64,000 nucleotides of DNA from Octopus vulgaris (lineage: Eukaryota), in the NCBI GenBank assembly GCA_951406725.2, contig OX597814.1, positions 26,970,001 to 27,034,000 of the forward strand. The letters are read 5' to 3'. The notes below the pieces were generated by a model. The model saw only the letters and a list, made by a program, of their open reading frames with translations. It had not been told where the DNA came from and did not search any database. The translations under genes and the position numbers were made by a program. How positions within the stretch are numbered: position 1 is the first letter of the stretch; every line of letters starts with the position of its first letter. Positions 1 through 13,784 of the stretch are shown piece by piece.

Positions 1-784
1 GTGAGACGTTGGAGATCAGGGAACATAAATTGTATGTTTAACAATATCTATAATAGAGTTTGTAAGAAGTTGCCGATGCACAAATGAGTTTCACTTGGAA
101 ATGTATGTGATTAATACCTTAAATATAGATCAAGATAGAGCTAGTGTTGTTCTTCATAAGCAAATGATAAAAAGAAAAGAAAAGAAAGAAAAAAATACAA
201 CAGAATTCAAATATCTGAAATATAGAAACTTTGATGACAGTAGTAGCTTTTATTTTAGTTATTTTTAATCCCACCCTAGTATCATACTGATATTTTTTCA
301 TGTTAATAGAACTATGAAGCTGATATTTTTCTTTATTTTTTTCTTTTCAAGAACACTGGGTGGTGTAGGGGGTGGAGGTTGTGGTGGTGGTGGTGGTGGT
401 GGTGGTGATGGTGCAGCAATGTGTTGGTAGCAGTGGTGGTGTTGGTATTGACAGTGCATATCATTCTAGGTTCTGATAATGATGGTGATTCCCTATTTAA
501 CTGTTTCCTATTTAAATGTCTGTTATGTTTTAATATTGAAGTTCATTCCTCTATATAAGTTGATTAGGAAATCTCTGCGCAATTTTCAATTTTATTACTT
601 TATTAGTGCTATTTCATATTCATATGTGTTACATCAAAAGTCAAAATATTGAAATGCATCATGTTAAAAATCATATGAATATTGATTTTATGTTATTTAC
701 TATCATTTTTTTAAGTTTAAAGGAGTTGCCAATCATCCTATATTAATAGCAAAATTATAGGATGTATATATATATATGCATGTA

Positions 785-828
<44 letters not shown>

Positions 829-829
<1 letters not shown>

Positions 830-1095
830 CATTATCATCGTTTAACATCCACTTTCCAAGCTGGCATGGGTTGGACAGTTTGACTGAAAACTGATAAGCT
901 GGAGAGCTGCACCACGTTCCAATCTGATTTGGTAAGGTTTCTACAGCTGGATGCCCTTCCTAATGCCAACCACTCTAAGATAGAAGTGGATGCATTTTAC
1001 ATGCCACTGGCATGGGTGCCAGTCAGATGGCACTGGCATCAGCCATGACTACGATTTAACTTGGTTTGACAGGTCTGCTCAAGCACAGCATGTCA
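829..1095 (-). mobile_element. 5'-truncated 3' end (3'UTR + GAT tail) of the RTE LINE family
   Basis: catcgtttaacatccactttccaagctggcatgggttggac...gatgcccttcctaatgccaaccactc matches the 3' ends of the RT-bearing copies at 30258 and 55393. Confidence 0.8.
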
Positions 1096-1199
1096 GATCC
1101 AAAATTTAAAGATCATGCTTCAACACCTCGTCTCACATATATGTATATATATATTTATATATATATACACGCACACTCATATATATATATCATCATCGT

Positions 1200-1233
<34 letters not shown>

Positions 1234-1262
1234 GCACACACACACACATATATATATATATA

Positions 1263-1474
1263 AAGGAGCAGTCCCTCAGGGAGATTCGGTGTGACACAGA
1301 GTGTGACAAGGACAGTCCTTTGAAATACAGGTACAACTCATTTTTGCCAGCTGAGTGGACTGGAGCAATGTGAAATAAAGTGCCTTGCTCAAGGACACAA
1401 CGCATCAGCAGGAATCGAACTCATGAGCTTACAATTGTGAGCCAAATGCCCTAACCACTAAGCCATGCGCCTTC
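1263..1474 (-). mobile_element. tRNA-derived SINE (head family 2)
   Basis: Minus strand has A box TGGCTTAGTGG and B box GAGTTCGATTCC. The body tgctccagtccactcagctggcaaaaatgagt is shared with 63209-63470. It sits in a TA tract. Confidence 0.8.
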
Positions 1475-1476
1475 TG

Positions 1477-1544
<68 letters not shown>

Positions 1545-3431
1545 GAGAGAGAGAGATGGAGTAAACAGTTTCCTCATTTTGCTTCTGATTTCTCTATTTT
1601 TTGGTATTTGCTATATTATAAATATCAAAACTAGATAAATAATAAATTATTATTATGATAACTAATTAAAGGAGAGTTGGAGTGTTAAACTTACCCTGCT
1701 CCATCTCTGCATCTACGAATTCATTCATACAAATTAAGTAATCCAGTTTCAACTTTCAGCAACATACTCAATTTGCCAATGACTTGAGTGTGTTACCTGG
1801 AATTACTTGGCCTGAGGTGTATCTAATTATAGATTTTGTCTAAGTTCCAATAAAGTAACTGTTAGAATTTTCGATTTTCTCATATCTATCATGAATCTAG
1901 CTTCATGTCAGTTTCATCTGTAAATCTTTGACAAACAACCCAGATCAATATGATTTGTAACTAACTTATTTCAAACTTTACAAATGCTGTAACTACATGA
2001 GTAATGTTATTTGTTGAGATAATTGCTTTATCCTTAGTCCAGATGTTGATAATATCAGCAAAGTGAGAAAAGTGGAGGAGAAATAAAAATATTACTGACT
2101 GAAATAGTAGAAAGGTCACAATTTTCAGATTAAAATGAAAATTGTGATCAACAAACTTTTTAAACTGTGTTTACTATTTCATTTATTTCATTTTCTCCCA
2201 AATATAAGCTCATTACAACTTGATAAATTTCTTGCCATAGAAAGTACTAATAGAAGTACTAATTATATCATTGTAGTAGTTTATCTTGTAACAGTGTAGA
2301 AAAAGTTTTGTCAACAAATAGGGAAAAAGAAATTGAGAACAGTTACCTCTGTTAACAACAAAGTGCTTTTGCTTTTCTTATAAAAACATGAAAAAGAAAT
2401 GTGATGAAACATAATTAATGATGAGTCATTAATTATCAGCAATACACTTATAATTTTTTCCTGTTAGCAGGAGAATTGTTTGTAAATGCATCACTAGACA
2501 TGGTCTCCTTCTAGTCACAATGGCACAGTTTTAAATTTGAAGCATCAATTAAGTTGTCATTGTTATATTATATAAACCATGGCTGTTCTGTTATTTGTTT
2601 ACTTTAAATAAGAGCAGTGTGGATCATTAACAATCCACAATGCACATATAATTTTTTTGCTATTGGTAAGAAAATTATGTGTATATGCATCAGTAGATAT
2701 AGCATCCCTATAGTCACTATGGTGTAGGTATGGATTTTTCCATTATTTTAACTTTGTCCAAATTTGTTACAGATGATTCTGTAGGTAGAGGCATGACTAA
2801 TTTGCATATTATTTGCCACATTGTCAACAGTCACCCACCTGTTTAACAGTAATGTGCACTAGACTTATTCAGCATGATCAACAGCACTGGATAGGATCAA
2901 AATCTGGCTCTTCCTTCTTATGTGACAAATTTGCAACCATTTTTTAAATATTTGTCAATCCATTGATAGGCAGTCTATAGTACCAAAATACTGTTCTTAT
3001 ATTGTATTATAAGTCTTTCATGGATTTCAGCCCTCATACATCTCCAACCTACTAGATTACTGAGCGAGATGACCATGCTTAGCATTTTAATAATGACAAG
3101 TTAACTAATAGACATTTCAAGTTCTAAGTTTTGCCATAGTGACTTAGAAGGAAACCAAGTCTGATGATGTACATGCAGCTATTTTTCTTTGCTGACAAGG
3201 AAAACTATTAGCACATTGAGATAATTAAAGACTTCCTGTAGATCAGAAGTAATAAATATGGGAAAAGTATCATTTTTGTGCAATGTGCTGAGCATACAAA
3301 ATAAATATGCATAAATTTGCAATTGAGCATGAAAGTTATTGGCTTAGGAATAAAGGGAAATTCAACTATACATATTTTATTTTTCAATTAAATTTTGACT
3401 ATAACTGCAAAGTTTCAACTTAGTTTCCTTA

Positions 3432-3783
3432 GGCACAGCATGGCTGTGTGGTAAGAAGCTTACTTCCCAACCACATGGTTTCAGGTTCAGTCCCACTGTG
3501 TAGCACCTTGGGCAAGTAAGTGTCTTCTATTAAAGCCTCAGGCCGACCAAAGCCTTCTAAGTGGTTTTGATAGACGGGAACTGAAAGAAGCCCATTGTGT
3601 GAGTGCGTGTGTGTGTGTGTGTGTGTATGCCCCCCACTCATCCACCATTGCTTCACAAGCACCTCAACAAAAAAGACTGATAGGCTTACAAAGAATAAGT
3701 CCTGGGGTTGAATTGTTCAACTAAAGGTGGTGCTCCAGCATGGCCGCAGTCACATGACTGAATTGAGTAAATGAATAAAAGAA
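3432..3783 (+). mobile_element. tRNA-derived SINE (head family 1, tail A)
   Basis: A box TGGCTGTGTGG, B box GGTTCAGTCC, body ccttgggcaagtgtcttc...ctgaaagaagccc, a (TG)n hinge, and tail ...ctccagcatggccgcagtc...tgactgaa. Confidence 0.85.
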
Positions 3784-4194
3784 ATACTGTAAAATACTTT
3801 TCATTTTCCAAACCTTACACATATTTTTGGTTCATCTTGTGAATAGTGCAATGTGGCTGGAAAATATTACATGGCATAAAAAATATTTCTGCAGAAAAAA
3901 TTCTACGGATAGACAAAAAGAATTCATTGGTTTGTATCAAAATATTGTGTTTAAGTTGATCTTAAACTGAGTAAGAAATTTGTTTTTATGGATTAGCTCT
4001 GAAGATAAGAAAGCATATTATTATTTCTGTTGCTTATATACATTTTTTATCTGCAGTAGCTAGATACATATGTACATTTGTGTAGTTAATTTTATGCATA
4101 TCCTCACTAGATAGTAAACATGCATCACCCTATACAGGTACAGATACATAAATTTATGGGGAAAATACACATGCTTACACTATATATATATATA

Positions 4195-5020
4195 ATGGAA
4201 CAAGAACATAACATGCAACTACAAAACATTCAGACAGTTAGACGATACAAAAAATGACAGGAAAAAAAAAAACAGAGCTTTCAATCTTCAGTCGAGTATC
4301 AGATCGTCTTTGAAGTTTCAGCCAGTTACTCTCAAGGCTGCTCTAATCTGGCCAGCCCCAAGAAAATTTAAGCTAAGAGCAGTAGATTCTTTGGAAGAAA
4401 GCAAGCGAATGTATACAAAAACAAGGAAGAAAAAATATGGAGAAATGGTACACAATTAAAAATACAAACAACAGGTGTCTTTCAACTAAGGACGAATTGA
4501 ATTAAGCTGGTGTGTGTGGAAGTGAAGCCTTACAGCCGGAACATAGAAGATGGAAGTCATGGGAAGGAATATAAGAGATGCTATATGGATGGTAGTCAAA
4601 CCAAGATAGAAAAGTCAGGCTTGGCCGAACACTGGTTACATGGAAGGAGAGGAGAGAGTAGAGGGATTAAAGAGTTAGGGAGAGATGAGAAGGAGAGAAA
4701 AAAGGAAAGGGACAGAGTGAAGTAAAGAAGGAGGGAAAGTGATGAGAATGAAGGGAAGGCCAAGAAATGTGAGAGAGAGTGGGAGCGATAAGAAGGAAAG
4801 TGGGAGGAACGAAGACAGTGTGAAGGGGGCTACAGGAAAGAGTAAAAGAGTCATACAGAATTTTATATATATATATATATATATATTACTTACATACAGG
4901 TGACCATGTATGTATGTATAAAAAGACAAAACAAAAAATAGAACAAGAACATAACAGGTGGCAACAAAACATTTGGACAGTTAGGCAATACAAAAAAGGA
5001 CAGGAAAAGATAAGGACACA
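4195..5020. mobile_element. TA-flanked interspersed element with a ~75-bp direct repeat of its end (possibly a Penelope-type terminus)
   Basis: aacaagaacataaca...aaaacatt..gacagttag.c.atacaaaaa.gacaggaaaa occurs at ~4199-4265 and again at ~4942-5008. Both are bordered by (TA)n, and the body is purine-rich. Confidence 0.45.
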
Positions 5021-5300
5021 TAATATATATTATGTGTTTACACAAACCGATGTGTCTGTACATTGCAATGCATGCTTCCTAGAAAAGTAATATGAATACT
5101 TGGTGATGGGCACCTGTAGTAAAAAAAATAGCAAAAAATATTTAAGAAATATCATTTGCACACAAATTGACAGTGCTGTTCTTCACAGATAAATCATGAG
5201 CTGAAACAAAAGCATAAATACTATACTTCTCTCAAAGGTTCAATTCTAAAGTTTCATATACTATTTCTCTCTATAGCATACAAACTTATCCAAATTTATT

Positions 5301-5337
<37 letters not shown>

Positions 5338-5349
5338 CTCTCTCTCTCA

Positions 5350-5505
5350 GAGTGGTTGGCATTAGGAAGGGCATCCAGCTGTAGAAACGCTGCCAGATCA
5401 GATTGGGGCTTGGTGCAGCCTTCTTGCTTCCCAGACCCCAGTCAAACCGTCCACCCATGCCAGCATGGAAAACGGATGTTAAACGATGATGATGATGATG
5501 ATGAT
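5350..5505 (+). mobile_element. Short RTE-family 3'-end copy with (GAT)n tail
   Basis: gagtggttggcattaggaagggcatccagctgtagaaac...ccatgccagcatggaaaacggatgttaaac(gat)n, lying between (CT)n and (AT)n. Confidence 0.85.
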
Positions 5506-6899
5506 ATATATATAGAGAGAGAGACAGACAGGCAAATCATACATAACTTGGCACAGATACAAGTTTTTCATTGAAAACTATAGAGTCAGTGTATGTGTGT
5601 GCGTGTGTGTGTGTACACACACATACATTTAACACACATGCAGACACTAAATTTAAATATGATAAATGATTATATTATATAATTTATGCATGAATGTGTG
5701 TATACATGTATATTAAAAACACAGTTTTCAGTAAGAAAAAAAATTGTATTTGAACCAAATTAGGCATACTTTGACTATGAAAAGATATCTCACAATGTTT
5801 ATATAAAATTTTCAAGGAGAGAGAGAATGAAAAATCTATATTTTATACGTGTTTTATTATAATGTAATCTATAGTTGTCAGAGATAACTAATTTCTTATC
5901 AAAATTTCCAGCAACTTTTAACATGATTCAAGGAATTTCAGGGGAAATATTTTACATAAAATAAATTAAGTTCCTACTGCTCTTTTGAAATATCACAATA
6001 CAACAACAGTTTGTGAATTATCAATAATATACTATTTCTATCACAATATTACTTCCTTTCCCTTGTTGTTATCAGAACATAGTTAATTATAGGTGTGCTG
6101 AGAGATAAAGAAAGATTAGATTAGATTTGTGTAGTTTACATTTTCCTTCCTAGGTATATGGGAGTGAACGGGTGATGGACATATTCAGACAAGGAGTTCC
6201 AAATTGAGGAGCGGGTGTTATGATATATATATATAATCATTTGATGTGTATGTCTTAGAATGTAGCATTCTATACGTGGTTGAATACAGATTATCAAGAG
6301 TATTTCACTGATCTAAGTAGAACTGGGATTAACTGGAAAGACATTTGAAGACTAAAGTTTATTGTTGTTGAACTAGAGAGAGCAAAAGAAAAGAAAATCT
6401 TAATAGTACTTAAGAGATAGAAGTTCTCTGCCTTTCTTAAAATTATGTCACTCTGGTGGTGTCACTCCTTAACATTACATTTCAAATAACTATTATTCAG
6501 CACTAAATTTAATATCAGCTACTTTAGCCATCAACTGATTTCAGGAAAATCCTTTCAAGTCATATTCGTCTTAGAGAATAACTCAGACATAAGTCATATG
6601 TATAGGCTTTTCTGGGTTATAGCCAAGAGAATAAACAACTACATTATACAATGAATCAGAACTGCATCATCAGTAATATTTGAGTATGTTGTATATATCT
6701 AATTTCTAAAAAGAATAATTGAAGTCTCTTTGCCCTTTATAAATTTGTTGTTCAGGTATAGGAAGAAATGTTGAATATTATGTATGGCTAAACATAAATG
6801 GGTTTGACAGTCACGTGTTCCTTTAACATTTTCTTCAGACAGAATCAGTATGACACAATTTCTATAGACAAACTAGTGCTTTGAATTATGGGTACAATC

Positions 6900-7055
6900 C
6901 ACCTGATGGGCTTCATCGCAGTTTCTGCTCACTCAGTTTCATTCACAAGACTTTGGATCAACCAGAGGCAATGCTAGAAGATATTTTCCCATGATGTCAT
7001 GTAGTGGAAATGAACTGAGGATTTGATGATTGTGAATCAAATTTCTTAACCATTC
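6900..7055 (-). mobile_element. Decayed head-family-1 SINE
   Basis: Reverse complement resembles the 3432 SINE head and body (gggcttc...cagtttc...cacaagactttgg...cttaacc). Confidence 0.6.
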
Positions 7056-7684
7056 AAATTTGCCTTCTCCATTACAGTTGAATCTCTGTAGGTCATAACA
7101 GGCCTATTTTGATGAATAAATTACTTAGAATCACCATCTACTCATAAATAAGTCAAGTTAGTGTTAGCAAATTCAATGCAGTGTGCATTAAAATGTTAAT
7201 TAAAAATTATTATGCAGGGGGAAAAAAAGACAATATTAGCATTTGACCAATATTTCTATTTTCTGTCTCTAAATAATATATTCTCTAGAATATGCTAATT
7301 TTTAACACCAATTTGTATACAATATTGTGATTCACTCATCCCTACTTATGCAAGTACAATGAAGTTTATGCTTCACTGAGGAGGTCTAATAAAACCAAAA
7401 TATGTTTCGAGTTATCTCTCATAATTGCTGGAATAATTAAAATGATATTAATCATTCACTAATTCTAACTTTTCCTAACCACATAATAATTTCTAATTAG
7501 CTTATTTAATGTCTGCTACATTTAATATGATAATACTAATTCAGTTATTATTTTAATGAATATGGATCATTAAACATTCATAAATAAAGAGTAACGATAA
7601 TAGACAAGCAAATAGAAATAGGTAAATTGATTGGTTGACAGGTGAATCTATAAGATTAAATATCTATATTTTTCTTTCTTACAG

Positions 7685-7916
7685 ACAATGATTCGTTTTT
7701 ATCACCATGGTCCAAATTTTAAATACCGAGTCAGTTGGCAAAGACGCGGAAGTACATTTTGGAACTCCCAAGACGTTGAAGATTCGGAAAGAGGAGAGCT
7801 TCAAGTAGATGTTGATGAAGTCTACACCCCTTATAACATCAAAGTAAGGGCAGTTAATGCCATGGGAGATTCCCCGCAACCTCCTTTTGTATTTGTCGGC
7901 TATTCAGGAGAAGGAC
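7685..7916 (+). CDS. Internal coding exon of an L1CAM-family (neuroglian/NrCAM/neurofascin-like) cell adhesion molecule; C-terminal part of fibronectin type III repeat 2
   Basis: Acceptor tttttctttcttacag| at 7684 and donor |gtaagt at 7917; 232 nt, phase 0 to phase 1. Translates TMIRFYHHGPNFKYRVSWQRRGSTFWNSQDVEDSERGELQVDVDEVYTPYNIKVRAVNAMGDSPQPPFVFVGYSGEG. It carries the FnIII motifs Y-x-V-x-W and YxIKVxAVNxxG and the L1-family linker GYSGE. Confidence 0.93.
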
Positions 7917-9371
7917 GTAAGTAAAATCTTTTCTTGTTCTTTATTCCCCTTCATTTTTTCATTCCTTCTTTCTTCTACACTTACTAGAAATGTTTTTAGT
8001 AATTTTATTTATTTATTCAACCTTTCTGTGGACAACACTTTTCAAAGAATTTTATGTATGTCTTATCTTTTCCTTTATAAAGCATCTTAACAGATTGAAA
8101 TAAATGTATTGAGAACATATTAAATACAGTCAAAGCATGGTGTTATCTATTAAATGCATTGTTACTACTTTCTAGGCATCATAAGAACAGGATCTGAAAT
8201 GGCCATTTAACAGCAGGTAACTGATGACAATGGTAAAAAGCAATAAAATAGTGCTACCGTTGTAGTTATTCCAGTTTGTCAGGGCAATAATAAACTGAAT
8301 ACTATGATTGACTGTTGTGACATTAAACTATCACAAACAATTACTTTGCCATTACTAATAATAACTTAATGGTTTTGAACATTGCTTTCAATTCTCATTT
8401 AGTAGTTTAGTTTTATTTTCTCTGATTATTTTCATTTCTTGCTATTCTTGATTAAGGCCTGTATCTTACCTCTCTAATCACATCATGACAGTGTATTCTT
8501 GGAAGCTAGAAAGTAAAGAGAGATTTGTGAGGTTTAACCTTCAAAAAATATTTGATATAATGAGAGTAAGTAGTCAATAAATGAATGCAATAAGAGGTTA
8601 TTTAGAGAAGCAAGGATAAAAATCAAATACTTTATTCATGGTGGATCAAGAACTATAGCATCAAATAGGCATCTAAGTAGTTAAATACTTCAACATTAAT
8701 AAAAAGTGTAAGATACATAACTTGATGAGATATCATTCATTATAGACAATACTATATATTACCTAATCAGTTTATGTAATAGACATAATGAAAATAAATA
8801 ATTAAAACTAGTTTTATATCCATTTTTCCATATAAGGATAAGTTGAATGGATGCAGAAATTTAGAAACTGCATGAATCACTGGAAAAATCAGTTCATCTG
8901 CAGAACCTACAATATGCTGGAAATCACAGATACTAAGAAGCAGCAGTGATTGCTTTGGAATAGTTGTGGTTCAGATATTAACCCTGGAACAGTGCAAACT
9001 GGTTACAAGCTGGTGTTTGATCAACCCTGACTAGGTCACCTGAGTGAGGAGGTTTGTTTGTTGAAAGACTCAAAACATCTGTTGACTCCAGTAACATCAC
9101 TGATATGTTCAGATGTATTGCAAGATAATATATGCATAAAATAAAATAAATAACGAGAATAATAGTGTCTTTTCAGTGATCTAGACTGACGCTAGTAAAT
9201 TAGTGTATAAGGTAGTGAAAATATGTATCTTACACTTTTTATTAATATTGATGCATCTAACTTATAGTAGTACTAACATGCAGATTTCTTTGCATTTTAA
9301 ACTGATATAATGATTGAATTTGCATGAAACGATCGTACTGCATTACCTCTGGATATCCTTGTTGCTTATTT

Positions 9372-9410
<39 letters not shown>

Positions 9411-9414
<4 letters not shown>

Positions 9415-9628
9415 ATCCAAACATGAAAACACAAAGAGAAAACACAACAACGCGAGGATGTGGAACAAGTATAGTGTTATTGGACGTTCAGAAAAGGAAA
9501 GGAAGTAGGAGGATTCAACGTTTCGAGCAGAGCTCTTTGTCAGAAACATAGAAAAAGGAAAGCTCCAAGGAAGGGAAGACAGAGGAAAAAAAATCGCCAA
9601 CAATACACACGCGATCACATATTGAATG

Positions 9629-9630
<2 letters not shown>
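9411..9630 (-). mobile_element. ~220-bp TA-flanked element carrying a hammerhead core (Penelope pLTR/retrozyme-like)
   Basis: Flanked by (TA)n on both sides. A homologous copy lies at 51307-51510. It contains a minimal hammerhead motif. Confidence 0.7.
9512..9548 (-). ncRNA. Minimal type-I hammerhead ribozyme-like motif (degenerate core)
   Basis: Minus strand: GUUU-CUGACAA-A-GAGC-ucu-GCUC-GAAAC-GUU-GAAU. CUGANGA box with G>A, 4-bp helix II, GAAA, and palindromic AACGUU in place of helix III. Confidence 0.55.
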
Positions 9631-9671
<41 letters not shown>

Positions 9672-10811
9672 TACTTGCCTAAGGTGACATACAGTGAACT
9701 GAACCCAAAACCTAGTTAGAAAATGAATTTCTCAACCACACTGTCATGCCTGCACTTTCTTCTGAAAGTTATTTCTATCACTCTTTCTTTTAGAATTTCA
9801 AAAAAATTCTCAAATTTCCAATAAACTTTTTACTGTTTGCTTTTCAAAATATTTGCATACTACAGTAAATTGTTCTTCATCTTATCAACTATCGTTTAGC
9901 TCTGTTTATAAAATTACTCCCCAAATCCATTTACCACATCGATTTTCTTTATTTTGTTCCTATTAAATCTTTAGCAAATGGATTCAAGTGACAATGCAAT
10001 TCTTCAGTGCTTTTGCTTTTCATAGATGTATGTATGAGATTTCTTTTAGCCATTTCCTTTATACCATTGACAGACATTTAAATGTAGAAAGAAAATAAGT
10101 AAAAGTGAAAATGACTCACACCAATAGAATTACCTTTGTATAATCCAACGTTAGTAAGAGGAAGCATCTTCAGTTTTGGTGAATACATAATTGAGATATA
10201 ATGCTCCTTGGCATTCTGCCATTGAAATATACCAATTCAGAGATAGAATTCTGTTATATACCTCTCAGACTATACTTTTTTATTGTTGTAGTTCTTCTTT
10301 GGTCGTTAGAAACTAAATCATTTTATTCACTGTGGAGCTGTTACCATTACCATTTTAGAACAGTTCTTTATCATCAAAATCATCCTTGACAGTTTCGGCT
10401 TGAAATACCAAATTAGGATCATTCAAAAAAAGCTTTTACTCTGACTAAAATATCTTGAAGGGTCTATACTTTTTTTTATTGAATTCATAAGAACCTAAAA
10501 TACTATTTCTAATTCTTTTGTATTTATTTCTAACATTCATGGCTATTATTAACTGTTATTCATTTAATTCTTTTGTTTTTTTTAAACTTTTTTTTGTATC
10601 TATTTCTAAACATTGTATTGGATAGATACAAGTTAATTTTTTCCAAGAAATTGGTAAATACGGCAACTTGTAATCTAATACTAATGTTATTTTTGTCATC
10701 TGTCAGAGTGTATATCAAAGTTATTTTTATGTCTTCTTATTCCAACCAAGAAAAGCTAATCAGAATGAAATAAGGTTTACATGCATAAGGAATTAACACA
10801 CACACACGTAT

Positions 10812-10875
<64 letters not shown>

Positions 10876-13130
10876 CAGTCAAGACACATAGAATTAAAAG
10901 ACTGCATTCTCAGAATCAGTTCAATACATGAGGACTGTAATAAGCAGTGACACAACCTTTCATGTCCATATTTGCAAGATTAGCAGCAGCATCAGGACAA
11001 TGACATGATTGGAGGGTTGTGAATTTATTTACAACAAAAGAATAGAAATTGATGCTGACTCTGAAGAAACAGTTGTTCTTCACTATCTAGAGTAGTTTTC
11101 TTTCTACTCTTCCAGCTAAGCAACAGGAAAAGATGGAAATCCCCTTAAGCACTATATACTAGGCTGAAGATTTTTTTCAACTGTAATTATTCTGTGATCC
11201 ACATCTGAATAAATTTCAACTCATATGAATCTAAGAACTGTGTTTTATTTTTATATATATTTTCTTCAGACTGTTAGTTCATTGGTTCTTCTTTATCATT
11301 TCAAGAGAGAGAATCATCTTGACAAAAGTCAATATTAATTTTTGTTAGTGGAGCAAATTTGAGTTTGATGGAATCAAATTTATTATGTGATCTTTAAGCA
11401 TTTATTGAATTTTATTTTTCATTTCAACAAAAGAGTCCTTAATGCTCATATTGAACTATAACGTCCTTAATATTTGTTTATACAATTTTAACTTGTACTA
11501 TTGGTATGAACTGACTGAGGTTGTATTAATTTTACTACTTTATTTCATTCTGTAAAGACAGAAGGAAAGGAAAAAGTATTTTAGCAAAAAGAAAGATAAG
11601 GAAGTTTATTCTCTTTTTGCATAGTCAGAGGAAGAGAAGTGAAGCCAATGGTTCTCTTCATAGGGTATGGTAGTAAGAAGTTGTTCTCAGACCAGAGATC
11701 TGGTCTGGAACAGTAACAGAGCAGGTACTATGAAATGCACTCAAAGGTCAGATGATGGTGTTAAAGTGGACAACAAATTAAATCCATCTATCACTCAAGA
11801 ATAGAAATGAACCCTCTGATGCGTTATTTCAAAGTTTCTATCTACCACATTCTTCTCGCTAGAGTTTGGTATCAATCTATGACTGGCATTGATACAAGAT
11901 GCATTTTAGAAACATTTTAAGATTTATTCATTTGAGGAAGGCCAACACTTATGACTCTTTCCATGGCCTCTAAGATGGGTGTGAAGAAAAGAAGAAATTA
12001 TCTTCAGATTAGGGACCTGTTTAAATGCTTGAATCAGAGTGGAATTCACTAAAGATACCCAATGAAAATGGGTGTTAAAATGAGAAATAGATTAAGCCTA
12101 CCAACCAAGAATGGGAAATTTCCCACTGATGGAGTTCCACACACTTTGTTTACCAAATTTCACTCACCAGGTTTTAGTCAAACCAAGGCTATGGTAAAAG
12201 ACTTGCATCTTGAAGTATTAGAGAAAAACTGTAATTGGATGCTATGATGGAAAGTTCTTAATATAAAGAAGCTTAGGACTAGTAATAGATACATTGATAA
12301 GAATAGAGAGCAAAACTGGAAGAGTGGTAGAAGATGATCAGACTTGAGGTTGCAACTTTGAATCCTGTCCTGTACTCGGTATTCTATTGCATGCCAGGAT
12401 ACGTAAGTCCCACATGGCCTAGTCCACATTGTAAATACATACCATATGATAGAAACAGCTCACTAAGTCAGGCAGCAATGCTGACATAATGAGTGAATCA
12501 TTAGCTTGTAGGGCTGAGTTCAACTTTTGTTATAGGAAAACCTATTTGTGAAATAAGTAGTACTCTTATGTAGAGAGAGATTGTCTCACTTCCACTTAAG
12601 GCTACAAAAACTAGAAGTATCAGTACACCACATTACAGTTAGTACAATTAGAATAAGTAGATTTGTCTTTAAAATATCATATTTTAAGTTTAAATAATCC
12701 ATCCATATTCATGATAACGGAAAATAGATTTTATTCTGAAAAGTTGAATATTACTCTTCTAACACATTGCCTCAAAATACATATTGAACTAAAGTTTCAT
12801 TTCAATTGAGACATTTACAAGAATACAAGCAAATTTACTTATATTTATGAACTAATTAATGATTTTATTGCCATTTTTGGTTGTTTTTAGATATCTTATT
12901 TGTTTTTCTTTTGTTTTTGTTTCACTTTTTCAATATATTGTTATATTATCTTTTATCTTTAATTACATTTGCTTCACAAAATTGTTAATTAATTCAATTC
13001 TTGTGTTAAATAATACTCAAAAGATTTGTATCTTCACATTTGAAAAAAGCAAAATTAGTGAGAAAAGGCAAGTGGAGGAAGTTTATAAAACTTTATACAT
13101 GCTGTGTGTATATGTGTGTGTAGTGTGTGC

Positions 13131-13166
<36 letters not shown>

Positions 13167-13784
13167 CTATACATGCACACACACATGTCTATAGCTATGT
13201 GTGTATATATATATATTTATATATATATATATATACATATATACACACATATCTGTATGCATACGAATATATATATATGCATATCTCTGTGAAAGTTGTA
13301 TCTATTAATACAAATATCTAAATAAATATTTATACTCAAATATTCATCATCTGAAAGTCTCCATTCTCTGCTTTCTCTCATTTTGCATGTATACATAAAT
13401 ACTTATTTTGCATTTTATACCCAAGCTGTTATATTTAACATATTTAATTTATTTATCCACAAAACTGCCTCTATGTGTATAAATATCTATATGTATGTGT
13501 GTGTTTGTGTGTGTATATATATATATATGTATATATGTATGTATATACATATACACACACACACATACATATATGTATATGCATATATACCCATATCTAT
13601 CTATCTATCTATCGATCTATCTTTTTCATTCCTTTTGAAGATTGCTCTTAAAATGTGGTTTTGGTCATTTTGACTACTTTTTCTAGAGTGTAAAAACTGC
13701 CTGTTGAAGGCAGTTTTCTCTTATGTTTAAATGTACACTATTTTATGTCTATCTATCTATCTATATATATATATATTTGAGAGC

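Noticed and set aside
1-10. gtgaga at the window start as the donor of the preceding exon
   Set aside because: The upstream sequence is outside the window, so it cannot be evaluated.
3432-3505. tRNA gene
   Set aside because: A and B boxes are present but there is no cloverleaf. It continues into a multi-copy SINE body, as do the other SINE heads.
6140-6230. ttttccttcctag|gtatat as an exon start or recursive site
   Set aside because: All frames close quickly and there is no FnIII similarity. The sequence looks like an old antisense LINE 3' remnant.
10120-10495. Minus-strand stretch that reads protein-like (LNDPNLVFQAETVKDDFDDKELF*...)
   Set aside because: Five stops in the best frame and no recognisable family.
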